A stretch of DNA of 44,786 nucleotides from an uncultured Terriglobus sp. (GTDB taxonomy: Bacteria; Acidobacteriota; Terriglobia; Terriglobales; Acidobacteriaceae), in the NCBI GenBank assembly GCA_964250115.1, contig CAXUEW010000002.1:1728-46513 (forward strand), given 5' to 3'. Of this stretch, positions 1-9,241 are shown piece by piece. The position numbers and the translations under genes were made by a program. Under the pieces are notes generated by a model that saw nothing but the letters and a program-made list of their open reading frames with translations, ran no database searches and was not told where the DNA came from. The first letter of the stretch is position 1; the number at the start of each line of letters is the position of its first letter.

Positions 1-1
1 G

Positions 2-3000
2 CGTCGGGCTTGCGAAGACCGGATGGTTCCCAGAGTAGATTCCCGAGATATTGCTTCGGAAGCTGCCGCTGGAGCCATTCACGTCGAAGATTCCGAACTG
101 GACCGCGAAGCCGTTGAAGTCGATGGCAAGGGTCGTGTCGGAACCAGGCATGGTCGCCAGCGCAAGCGCGGGTGTGTTTGCCGACTGATACTTGATGGGA
201 ATCGTCGCTGCCAGGCTCTGGGTCAGCAGGTTGTATTGCGCAAGGCTTGCTGCACCACTCAACCCGATGTACAGGTAGTTGCCGTCAGACGTTTCAGCCA
301 TTACGTTCGGCTGGCTGCCAACGGGAACCGGCGTCCCCAACGAACCAGTGAATGGGTTCACCGTTACCACTGAGTTGCCGGTGATCCCTGTGGCGCTGCC
401 GGGAATGGTCGCATAGATGGACTGACCGTAGGGGTCAAACAGGATGGTGTTCGCCGGAACATTGACCAGGGCGTAGATGGTGAGCGGAGTGACCGGTGAT
501 TCTCCGCCGCCAGGTACGGGATTCGCAACTGTCACCGGGGCCCAACCGTAATTCGCGATTGCGGTCGCCGGAACCGATGCCGTCAGTTGCGTGGCACTGA
601 CATAGGTTGTGGCGACCTTGACCCCGCCGACGTTCACGGTGGACCCGGCGTTGAAGCCTTTCCCAGCAACCGTCAGCGTGAAGGCTGCGGACCCGGCCTG
701 CACAAGAGCGGGAGAAATCGCAGACACCGAAGGCCGGGCTCCGTAGAGGCTACCTGTTACGGTGGTGCTTGCGGCGGCCTGGTTGTTGGTGGTGGTTGGA
801 TCGGAGCTTGAAGAAGACAATGAGGCGGTTGCCAGCAGCGTACCTGAAGTTGTGGGAGTGGCGTTCACTGTAACGGTGGCAGAGGTTCCGCTGGCAAGGC
901 GGCCCAGGTTACATAAGATGCTGGGGCCGTTCGTGCATGAGCCCTGGCTCGCTGAAACGCTGTTGATGATGAGGTTGGAATCGAGGCCTGTGGAAAGCGC
1001 GATGCCTTCTGCTGCGTTTGGGCCGGCATTTGCCACAGTGGCCACGTAGCTCACCGCAGTACCGGTGTTTGCGGTGGCGGGCGCTGCAAGCGTTACCGAA
1101 AGGTCAGCCGGTGTCGAAGAAACATCCTTCACCAGTGCGGATTGCAGGATGTAAATCTGGTTCTTCGAGGTAAATGCGCTGGGCGCGGCCGCCAGTGCGA
1201 GCCCGTTCTGACCCCAACGCACGATTTTGCGGAAGCTTGTGGAGTAGCCCTGCGTACCAAGGCCGTTGACGGGAATGCTCCCGATGAGACTGAAGGAACT
1301 CTCGTCGAAGACGTAAACAGTTGCTGTGCTGGAGAACGGTGCCACAGCCACAAAGGCTCGACCCAGTGTGGAGTCTGAAACCACCGGACCACTGGCCTGC
1401 GTGTTGCTGCCTGAATAAAACGTGCCCTTCAAAGCGCCGCTCGTAGCATTCAGCACCTGGCCGTTGGAAAGATACAACGCCCCATTGTCATACTGCAGCG
1501 TGGTGAGGGTACTGGACGTTGAGGCTAGCTGTGTTGCGTTGGTGATGCCTGCCGCAGTAACAGTAAGGGCGTTGATGTACGACGCGCCAAGATAAAGCGT
1601 GGAGGCGGACATGCCAAAACTAAGCGGCCCACTGCTGACCTTCGCAGAGCCGCCCGTACGCGCGACGCCGGAGTCAAAGATGGTGACGCCGGAGCTACTG
1701 TTGTATTGCCCCGTGGTGGCGACTGCTACCGAGTTGGGCGTACCAGGCAGTGCGGCCAGGTACGTTGCCGTATACGGTGCGTTGTAAACACCGGGCCCGC
1801 CGCCGAGGGAGAACTGGTTGACGATCTTCGCCTGTGCAAGATCGATCTGGGCGACAGCCCCCGCGCCGTCCACTCCGACGAAGAGCTGTTTGCCGTCGGT
1901 CGAGAGGGCAAGTTTATTGGGGTTCGTACCCACTGCAATCTGACGCGTGATGGTGCCGGTGACGGGATCGATAGCAACCACGCAGTTGCCGATCGCGCCC
2001 ACGGTCGACGCGGGAACAGACACGTAAAGCAGACCATCGGATGCATTGAAGACCAGGTCATTATTCGGCAGGGAAATGTATGCGGAGTAGACCTGCGCCA
2101 CACTGGTTCCACCACCGGGTGCAGGCGTGGTAACGGTCACATTGCGGTTCCCCGGTGTTGCCAGCGCGGACGCCGGAAATGTTGCTGTGATTGAGGTGGA
2201 GCTGACAAAGGTGGATGGAATGGTCTGTCCATCGATCGCCACCGTGGTTGCTGCTGTAAAGCCGGTACCGGTAAGCGTTTCGGTACTGGCCGTGTTAATG
2301 GGTCCAGCGCTTGGATTGATGCCAGTCAGCGTGGGAACGGGTGGATTGGCAATGGTGGCCGTAAGCGCATTGGATAAGGATGGAGTTGCGGTTGGCGTCG
2401 TCACTGTAACCGAAGCAGTGCCGATTGACGCCAGCAGACTGGCGGGCACAGGAGAGGAGATGGCGCTAACCAGAGCACCTTGGTAAAAGAAGGTGGGGCT
2501 TCCGGCAAGCGTCGTTCCATTCCATTGAACAGTGGACGCAGTAGTGATTCCTGTTCCGTAGATGGTGATTGCTGAAGACGGGGAGCCGACCACGAAGGCG
2601 GCGGGTAAAACCTGAGTAATGACTGGTGTCGTGGTCGGGCCGGAGACCGGCAGACTGGCGGTTGCTCCAAGGCTTGTTGCGCCGGGAACTGGATTGACCA
2701 CGGACACCCGGAGAGTCGCAGTCGTGGCCTGATCCGCAACGGTCGCTGCAAAGGTGAGTTGAGTGGAACTCACGACAGTGGTGGGTCGGCTAACGCCAAG
2801 GATCGAAACATACGAGGCGGAGTTGAAGTTGGTGCCGTTGACTGTAACGACCGTGGGTTTGGCTGTGCCCGTCACGAGGCTGCCGGGGCTGAACGCGGTG
2901 ATGGTAGGAACGCCGTAGTTCACAGATACGGATGCCGCTGAGGAACTTCCTCCACCCGGTGCCGGGTTAATTGCGACGAGAGACAGACTGCCGCTCACTG

Positions 3001-3841
3001 AAAGATCGGCTGCCGTCAGGTTCACATTCACCTGGGTCGCGCCTACGTACGTCGTGGCGCGGGCTGTGCTGCCAACCCTTACCGTGGTGGAGGGAACGAA
3101 TCCTGTTCCGGAAACACTGATTGAGGTGTCAGGCGCGCCTACAAACAGCGTCGCAGGTGCCAGCTGGGTAATCGACGGTACCGGGTTATTGACCGGCAGG
3201 TTCAGCGGCCCTGACGTACCACCACCAGGAGCGGGCGTGACCGCGGTCACTGCAAGAGTTCCCGCAGTGGCTGCATCCGCCGCAGTCAGCATGGCCGTGA
3301 GTTGGGTCGCGCTCACCAACGTTGTCGGTCGTGCGGATCCGTTGACCTGCAGGATCGTGGATGACGTGAATGCGCTGCCGGTAGCGGTGACGGTGACCTG
3401 GCCGCTGCCGACGGGGACGAACGACGGAGCAAACTGGGTGAGTGTGGGGCTGGGATTATCGACCTCAAGGGTCACTGCATTGCTTGCCAACGTACCGTTC
3501 ACCACGGTTACAGGCAGCAGTACGCCTGTCGCCAGTTGAGCGGCGGGTACCACGGCTGTTACCTGGGTTGCGCTGACATATGTCGTCGCCGCATTGACCG
3601 CGTTCACTTGCACGGTGGTAGCAGTGGTGAATCCGGTGCCGGTTACCGTCAGCGTCGTCGTTCCGGACCCGGCGCCAACTGCGGCCGGAGCGATTGCCGT
3701 AACTGCCGGAGTAGTGGGCGTGGTCACAGGCGTGCTGACTGGCGTACTACTGCCAGAGTTGGAACCACCGCTGGAACATCCGGTGAGAAGCAGACAAAAG
3801 GCAAGACAAAGCGCAGCAGTGGTGCCGAAGAGATTTCGCAT
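2..3841 (-). CDS. Large surface lipoprotein with IPT/TIG repeats, YncE-like beta-propeller(s) and a DUF11-like domain; 3' end runs off the window (>=1280 aa)
   Basis: Translated by hand because it is not in the ORF track (no stop inside the window). ATG at 3841 gives MRNLFGTTAALCLAFCLLLTG-C-SSGG (lipobox). Repeated IPT units (PxITxxxP...LTVTGTGF...TTYVSATQLTA...NPAPGGG), then a propeller (NDLVFNASDGLLYVS...VGTNPNKLALSTDG), a DUF11-like stretch (ADLSVT...NAGPNAA...DPTTTNNQA), another IPT unit and a second propeller. The same frame holds to base 2. Confidence 0.9.
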   Translation of the reverse strand, partial: MRNLFGTTAALCLAFCLLLTGCSSGGSNSGSSTPVSTPVTTPTTPAVTAIAPAAVGAGSGTTTLTVTGTGFTTATTVQVNAVNAATTYVSATQVTAVVPAAQLATGVLLPVTVVNGTLASNAVTLEVDNPSPTLTQFAPSFVPVGSGQVTVTATGSAFTSSTILQVNGSARPTTLVSATQLTAMLTAADAATAGTLAVTAVTPAPGGGTSGPLNLPVNNPVPSITQLAPATLFVGAPDTSISVSGTGFVPSTTVRVGSTARATTYVGATQVNVNLTAADLSVSGSLSLVAINPAPGGGSSSAASVSVNYGVPTITAFSPGSLVTGTAKPTVVTVNGTNFNSASYVSILGVSRPTTVVSSTQLTFAATVADQATTATLRVSVVNPVPGATSLGATASLPVSGPTTTPVITQVLPAAFVVGSPSSAITIYGTGITTASTVQWNGTTLAGSPTFFYQGALVSAISSPVPASLLASIGTASVTVTTPTATPSLSNALTATIANPPVPTLTGINPSAGPINTASTETLTGTGFTAATTVAIDGQTIPSTFVSSTSITATFPASALATPGNRNVTVTTPAPGGGTSVAQVYSAYISLPNNDLVFNASDGLLYVSVPASTVGAIGNCVVAIDPVTGTITRQIAVGTNPNKLALSTDGKQLFVGVDGAGAVAQIDLAQAKIVNQFSLGGGPGVYNAPYTATYLAALPGTPNSVAVATTGQYNSSSGVTIFDSGVARTGGSAKVSSGPLSFGMSASTLYLGASYINALTVTAAGITNATQLASTSSTLTTLQYDNGALYLSNGQVLNATSGALKGTFYSGSNTQASGPVVSDSTLGRAFVAVAPFSSTATVYVFDESSFSLIGSIPVNGLGTQGYSTSFRKIVRWGQNGLALAAAPSAFTSKNQIYILQSALVKDVSSTPADLSVTLAAPATANTGTAVSYVATVANAGPNAAEGIALSTGLDSNLIINSVSASQGSCTNGPSILCNLGRLASGTSATVTVNATPTTSGTLLATASLSSSSSDPTTTNNQAAASTTVTGSLYGARPSVSAISPALVQAGSAAFTLTVAGKGFNAGSTVNVGGVKVATTYVSATQLTASVPATAIANYGWAPVTVANPVPGGGESPVTPLTIYALVNVPANTILFDPYGQSIYATIPGSATGITGNSVVTVNPFTGSLGTPVPVGSQPNVMAETSDGNYLYIGLSGAASLAQYNLLTQSLAATIPIKYQSANTPALALATMPGSDTTLAIDFNGFAVQFGIFDVNGSSGSFRSNISGIYSGNHPVFASPT

Positions 3842-4228
3842 GAAGAGCCAAGTGTATGTTACATAGCTTTTTGCTGGCAAATGAGGACTGAAATGAATTC
3901 CACCAACGAGATCAGTCTTATACCTCAACACTGAAACAGAGTGCGCATGACTCGGACGGCAGCTTTACACGAGAGCACTCGTTTCCACCGCGGCGCGCGA
4001 GCTCCGCCATTGCTCCGCAGTGTTGTGGCCCCTTAGAAGCGCCGCTTTGCCTGTAGCTCCATCATGCGCGGGTCGAGCGTTCCGAGGCCATGTACCGTAG
4101 GAGGCGTTGTTCCCGTAACCGATGGCGCTGCCCGTGACCTGTGTATTGCACAGGCCGCGCCCGACACCTGTTGCGGAACGCCCGATTGCCGGATGTAGCT
4201 GTACCAGCACAAACCTCAGGAGCACCCC

Positions 4229-5181
4229 ATGCCTCTGGCACAGAAGCCGATCATCGTCGTTGGCAGCATCAACATGGACCTTGTCGCCAACACACATCAC
4301 ATCCCGGCAGCCGGGGAGACGGTCTCCGGCACCGGCTTTCAAATCCATCCCGGCGGTAAGGGAGCTAACCAGGCTGTCGCAGTCGCCCGCCTGGGCTATC
4401 CCGTGCACATGATCGGTCGCGTTGGCGATGACGCATTCGGCCGGCAACTGCGGGAAGGCCTCGCATCAGCCGGCGTGGACATCTCTGCCGTCATGGCTAG
4501 CCGCGGACCCTCGGGTGTTGCAATGATTGTCGTCTCAGTCGCGGGTGAAAACAGCATTGTCGTTGTGCCCGGCGCCAACGCCATGTTGACACCGCAGGAC
4601 GTCGACGCACACATCCACCTCATCCGACGTGCCGGCATGGTTCTGACACAACTTGAAACACCCTTGGAAACCGTCGAGTATCTGGCAGCGGTTTGCTTCC
4701 GCGAGGGCATCCCGTTGATGCTCGATCCGGCACCGGCACAGACCTTGTCGCAAAGCCTACTGGAGAGAGTGACATGGTTTACGCCGAATGAAACCGAAGC
4801 GGCCTTCTTCACGCCAGGCTCGAACGGGCAGCAACAGGTGCCTTCGCAGGCCGTTGCCGAAACTCTGCTTCGCAGCGGTCCGAGTAACGTGGTGCTGAAG
4901 CTGGAGCACGCGGCGCCTATGTGGCAGCAGCGGATGGCACCCGCTCCGCCATAAGGCCCTTCGCAGCCGAGGCTGTCGACACAACGGCCGCTGGAGACTG
5001 CTTCAATGGAGCGTTTGCAACTGCACTCTGTATCGGGAAGAGTGCGATCAACAGTACTCGCTACGCCGCTGCCGCCGCCGCAATCGCCGTGGCGCGGGTG
5101 GGTGCGCAGGCTTCTATGCCATTAGCGGACGAAGTCGAGCAGAAACTCCTGAAAGAGTTCGGACGAGCCATGCAGCCTTAA
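4229..5181 (+). pseudogene. rbsK: Ribokinase (PfkB family), split by a 1-bp frameshift at ~4903
   Basis: N-part has GSINMD, PGGKGANQA and TPNETE. C-part has the PfkB anion-hole DTTAAGDCFNGA. Adding one G to ctggagca restores VVLKLGARGAYVA. AGGAG RBS upstream. Could be a true lesion or a sequencing indel. Confidence 0.85.
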
Positions 5182-5289
5182 TATGTCCGCCATGTCTGAA
5201 GAAGCCAGTCGCGTACTGTCGTATTCAGCAGCAAGGCTTCCAGCAACTCTTGGTGCCGCGATAGGCGGGGTGGGTGTTGCGCATAAGGT

Positions 5290-5506
5290 TAGTGGACAAC
5301 TACTTTGACCTGGTTCAATGGGCCAATGACTCGGAGCGGACCGGCCCCGTAGAGGTCAGCGGCAAGGGCGAGTTCCCGAAGAGTTTGTGGAACACCATGA
5401 TCCACTTCGCCGTGACCTATCGGTACGCCAACGGCGTTGTCATGACATGCATGCAGAGTGCTACCAGCAAGCCCAGCATTACGTATACAGGCACGAAGGG
5501 CTGGCT
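5290..5506 (+). pseudogene. Internal fragment of a Gfo/Idh/MocA-family oxidoreductase
   Basis: FDLVQWANDSERTGPVEVSGKGEFP..LWNT..HFAVTYRYANGV...YTGTKGWL resembles the C-terminal domain of this family. There is no N-terminal Rossmann domain or credible start. Confidence 0.6.
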
Positions 5507-5986
5507 GCGGACAGATCATCGAGTGCTCCAAGCACAACGGCCGCTTTAATTTGACTGACGGTTCCCCTGCGCGTGCACCCATTTGTCGCGGGCTCGCGAC
5601 CTACCCCATGGAAGTCTGCGCTGGACGTTTGCACGTGAATGTTCTGCGGGCTGGTGGCGTTGGTGCGCGCAACAAAAGACCTTTCAGTTGCGAGTAGTCA
5701 GCAACCGCAATATCGCTACGTTTATCAAGGAACTTGTCCTGGAGCCGGTCAATCCTTCGGAGAAGATCGCGTTCACACCGGGCAATTATCTTCAGATCGA
5801 TATTCCAGCCTATGAGGCTATTCGCTTGTAAGTGCGATTGGCCCCTTCGGAGATTTTCATATTAAGCCCACACAGCGCGAGATGGTGTGCATCGGCGGCG
5901 GTGCAGGCATGGCCCCGTTACGTGCGCACATCGCCCACTTGCTCGAAACAGAACATACTGCTCGAAAGGTCCGCTTCTGGTTGTGA
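5507..5986 (+). pseudogene. Degenerate, internally deleted paralog of the Rieske-NqrF part of the 6892-9171 gene
   Basis: Three pieces align to the intact gene: IECSKHNGRFNLTDGSPARAPICRGLATYP; KTFQLRVVSNRNIATFIKELVLEP...FTPGNYLQIDIP; GPFGDFHIKPTQREMVCIGGGAGMAPLRAH...ARKVRFW*. Frameshift at ~5668 and a ~78-codon deletion at ~5828. Confidence 0.92.
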
Positions 5987-6889
5987 TAAGCCTGCGAAAG
6001 CTTCAGCAAAGCAGTTGCGTGCTATTTCTTTGTAAAGCAGGGCCTGCGCGTAGCGATCCGATTCTTCTTCGAGATCGCCTGCGTTATTGGGGAACAGCCT
6101 GGAGTAGTAATGCGTGCTGGGCAGCAGTTCAGGAGCAAATGGCAAAACATCGCCGGGTGCCGCCGACCTTAGAAAGCCCGCCATGGCAGCAGTCCAAAGC
6201 TGCTTAAAATGATCGAGGTAATCAACCACGCCATGTGCCTGCGGTGGCCGAGCGTGAATGTCAGTCCCGATTGGCACCTGAATGCAGCCAGGGCTGGCAA
6301 TGCGACCGTGAACGAAGCCAATGCGATTGAAGATTGGTTGCATAAACGCGAGCTTGGACGTCCAGTCGCCATAGACAAGTTCCTGGCCGCAATAATAGTG
6401 GCTGAAGTCGCCGTTCAAGCGCACTTCAGGAAACCTCTTTGTAATTTGCACCGTGCGCCAGAGATCCTGCGTGATGGTGGCGCGATGTGTCTCGATGAAG
6501 ATCGGTAGCGCATGGCGAATGCTGGCGGACAGGATCGCGTCCACCAGACGGGCAACCTCATCGTCATCTTCAAGACCCCAACCCGCGTGCACCGTCAGGC
6601 AAAGGTCTCCGCGAAGCTTGTGTTTGGCTGCAACTGCATCCGCTTCCAGCGGCGTGGAGATGCGGTCTAGTCCACAGTAAGGCAGGACTCCACCGGCTGG
6701 CGGTGGACCATCATCAATAAGTTGCACGCCTTCAAAGCCGTCAGTAGCAAGTCTGTTCGCGAGCGCAGCACCATGCACACCGGGCCAGATTGTTTCTTTT
6801 CTGAGCGACTCCAATGTGCCGAGATTAAGGTACCCACGTAAGGCGGGCGGAGCGCCTGAGCCGTCATTGAGGAAGCCAGAAGGGTTCAT
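5918..6889 (-). CDS. Xylose-isomerase-like TIM-barrel protein (sugar phosphate isomerase/epimerase family)
   Basis: Metal-ligand-type motifs ETHR, DFSH, HGRI and PELL. ATG at 6889 lies 2 bp after the upstream stop, so the ORF-track extension to 7072 overlaps the upstream gene and is not used. Confidence 0.75.
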   Translation of the reverse strand: MNPSGFLNDGSGAPPALRGYLNLGTLESLRKETIWPGVHGAALANRLATDGFEGVQLIDDGPPPAGGVLPYCGLDRISTPLEADAVAAKHKLRGDLCLTVHAGWGLEDDDEVARLVDAILSASIRHALPIFIETHRATITQDLWRTVQITKRFPEVRLNGDFSHYYCGQELVYGDWTSKLAFMQPIFNRIGFVHGRIASPGCIQVPIGTDIHARPPQAHGVVDYLDHFKQLWTAAMAGFLRSAAPGDVLPFAPELLPSTHYYSRLFPNNAGDLEEESDRYAQALLYKEIARNCFAEAFAGLSQPEADLSSSMFCFEQVGDVRT

Positions 6890-6891
6890 CG

Positions 6892-9171
6892 TTAGAACTC
6901 GTCGTAGGCGATCTGATTTGCGGGCACGTCCAACTCCGCGAGCATGCGCGTGCAGGCTTTGATCATGGTTGGTGGTCCACAAAGATAGAACTCGACCGAG
7001 CGTGGATTCGGATGATCGTGCAGATAGTTTTGTAGCACAACATCGTGGATAAAGCCGGCGTGGCCGTTCCACGCATCCTCCGGCAGGGGTGAGGACAGCG
7101 CCAAGTTGAATTGAAAGTTTGGACGCTCAGCGGAGAGCCCGCGGAAATAGTCGTCGTAGTAAATCTCCTGTCGCGAACGAGCGCCGTACCAGAAGCTGAC
7201 CTTGCGGGCAGTAGCTTCCGTTTCAAGCAGGTGCGATAAATGCGCACGAAGCGGAGCCATGCCCGCGCCGCCGCCGATGTACACCATCTCACGTTGCGTG
7301 GGCTTCACATGAAAATCGCCGAACGGTCCCTGGGCGGTGACTTCATCGCCAGGTTTCAGACTGAAAAGATAACTTGAGCCGACGCCCGGTGCGCAGTCCT
7401 GGCCGGGCGGCGGCGTAGCGATACGAACATTGAAGCGCAGGACATTCTCCCGCTGCTGGTTACTTGCAAGCGAATAATTATTGCGCTGCCCAGTACCCGA
7501 ATTATGTGCCACTAGGTCGAACACGTGTTGGTTTCTCCACACGGTTGCATACGGTTCCGGTATGTCGAAGTCGCGAAACGAAATGGCATCGTACTGCGGG
7601 ATCTCGATCTGCAGGTAATCGCCCGGTGTAAAAGCGATGGTTTGCTTTGGATCGATGGGCTCCAGAGTTAGTTCCTTGATGAACGTCGCGACGCTGCGAT
7701 TGCTTTTGACACGTAACTTCCAGGTCTTCAGTGTGCGCGTCCCTGCACCGCCCGCTCGCTTGACATTGATGTGCAACAGGCCGTCGCGCTCCTCCACCGG
7801 ATAGGTCGCAAGCCCGCGACAGATGGGTGCTCGCGCTGGAGAGCCGTCGATCAAGTGAAATCGCCCGTTGTGTTTCGAGCACTCGATGGTGCCACCTTTG
7901 ACCAGGCCTTCGGCAAGGTGCACGTTGCCATGTGTGCACATGCCGTCGGTGGCGTACAGCGTGTTCTGTTCGTCGCGATAAATTGCAAAGGTCTTCTTAC
8001 CATGATCGAAACGCAATACATCAGCACGCCGCAGATCGGCTGCCGGGCAGACCTTTGCCCAGCCCTCTGCATCCACTGTCGCATCACTTGCACGGTCTGT
8101 CTTACGGGTGCTGGCGGCCCTTTGCGGCAGCTTGCGCTTGACATGGTAGGCATGATCTTTCCGTTGCTTCATAAGCGCGGGAACGATCTCACGCCATGCG
8201 GCGAAGAGGCTCGGGTAGGGTGCTGGGCAATCATCCTTGATGGCCTCGTGCAGCTTCGGCAGTGCGTGAAACGGCACCAGCGGGTACATGTGGTGCTCAA
8301 CGTGATAATTCATGTTCCAGTACAGAAAGCGATGAATAGGATTCATGTACACGGTGCGGCAGTTCAGCCGGTGATCCAGCACGTTCTCAGCAAGACCCGC
8401 GTGCTGCGTAAGACCGTACACCACCATGAGCCACGATCCAAACAGATTGGGCAGGCCGACGAACAGCAGCGGCAACATGCTGCGTGTTGTTACGGCAAGG
8501 GTGAGAACTGCGGTATAGATTGCGACATACACGCGCGCCCTGAACACAACTTTTGGGAACTCCAGCGCGGGCATGTACGTCTTCTCGTCGGCGGAGATTT
8601 TGCCCAGGGCGTGCCGCACGATGTTGGGGAAGTATTTGTGATAAACACCCAGGTTGAAGAACGCCATGGCAACAGCTTTGACATCGGTGGGCCGCGGCAC
8701 GGCTATCTCCGGATCGCGCCCCACGATAATGGTGTCGCTATGGTGCCGTGTATGGCTCCAGCGCCACACGGTGGATTCGCGCATGACCATGAAGGAAGCA
8801 ATTTCGTACAGCGTGTTGTTCATCCAGTCTGTCTTGAACGCGGTACCGTGCCCTGTTTCATGCCAACGTGAATCTGACGTAGACGCATACAGCACGCTGT
8901 ACATCGCATAGGGCAGCACAGCCCACGCGCTTCCCCAAAGTTTATAAGTGGCAAAGCCGCTGACCGCGATAAGAGCGAACCAGAGCAGCGTATTCGCGAT
9001 TGCAGGTCCGTCACGCCGGGCCAGCAGGCTGCGCATCGTTCCACGCGGCACGGCGCACTGGTACCACTCGGCCTCTGCAAGACCTTTCTCGATGGCGAGT
9101 GTGGAGTTTACTCCCGTCAGCGTGTAATCAAGCTTCAGGAGTGGTTGTGCAAGAACGGTCTGCTGGTCCAT
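6892..9171 (-). CDS. Three-domain fusion: MocD-like membrane fatty-acid-desaturase/hydrocarbon-oxygenase + MocE-like Rieske [2Fe-2S] + NqrF-like FAD/NAD(P)H reductase
   Basis: Di-iron His boxes WHETGH, HTRHH, QHAG and HVEHH with TM segments. Rieske CTH-x16-CSKH. Reductase motifs SNRSVATFIKEL, RNNYSLAS, VRIATPPPG, GPFGDF, IGGGAGMAP, FWYGARS, YLCGPP and terminal DEF. Confidence 0.9.
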   Translation of the reverse strand: MDQQTVLAQPLLKLDYTLTGVNSTLAIEKGLAEAEWYQCAVPRGTMRSLLARRDGPAIANTLLWFALIAVSGFATYKLWGSAWAVLPYAMYSVLYASTSDSRWHETGHGTAFKTDWMNNTLYEIASFMVMRESTVWRWSHTRHHSDTIIVGRDPEIAVPRPTDVKAVAMAFFNLGVYHKYFPNIVRHALGKISADEKTYMPALEFPKVVFRARVYVAIYTAVLTLAVTTRSMLPLLFVGLPNLFGSWLMVVYGLTQHAGLAENVLDHRLNCRTVYMNPIHRFLYWNMNYHVEHHMYPLVPFHALPKLHEAIKDDCPAPYPSLFAAWREIVPALMKQRKDHAYHVKRKLPQRAASTRKTDRASDATVDAEGWAKVCPAADLRRADVLRFDHGKKTFAIYRDEQNTLYATDGMCTHGNVHLAEGLVKGGTIECSKHNGRFHLIDGSPARAPICRGLATYPVEERDGLLHINVKRAGGAGTRTLKTWKLRVKSNRSVATFIKELTLEPIDPKQTIAFTPGDYLQIEIPQYDAISFRDFDIPEPYATVWRNQHVFDLVAHNSGTGQRNNYSLASNQQRENVLRFNVRIATPPPGQDCAPGVGSSYLFSLKPGDEVTAQGPFGDFHVKPTQREMVYIGGGAGMAPLRAHLSHLLETEATARKVSFWYGARSRQEIYYDDYFRGLSAERPNFQFNLALSSPLPEDAWNGHAGFIHDVVLQNYLHDHPNPRSVEFYLCGPPTMIKACTRMLAELDVPANQIAYDEF

Positions 9172-9241
9172 GATGATGTCCTTGAAGATGTGTTTCTACT
9201 GCTTTAAGCCGCTGAGATAGGTATCGAAGCCGAGCATGCGG

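Noticed and set aside
23-3934. Many plus-strand Val/Ala-rich ORFs
   Set aside because: Antisense shadows of the Thr-rich minus-strand IPT lipoprotein.
3965-4447. 160-aa minus-strand ORF upstream of and overlapping ribokinase
   Set aside because: About half is antisense to ribokinase and the rest matches nothing I recognise. A relic cannot be excluded.
6892-7740. Na+-translocating NADH:quinone reductase subunit F (nqrF)
   Set aside because: Only the FAD/NAD module is present, fused to Rieske and desaturase domains; no nqrA-E in the window.
7771-8871. 366-aa plus-strand ORF (likewise 12129-13124, 19940-20836, 25134-26348, 38264-38941)
   Set aside because: Long antisense frames of well-supported genes in GC-rich DNA, with no motifs of their own.
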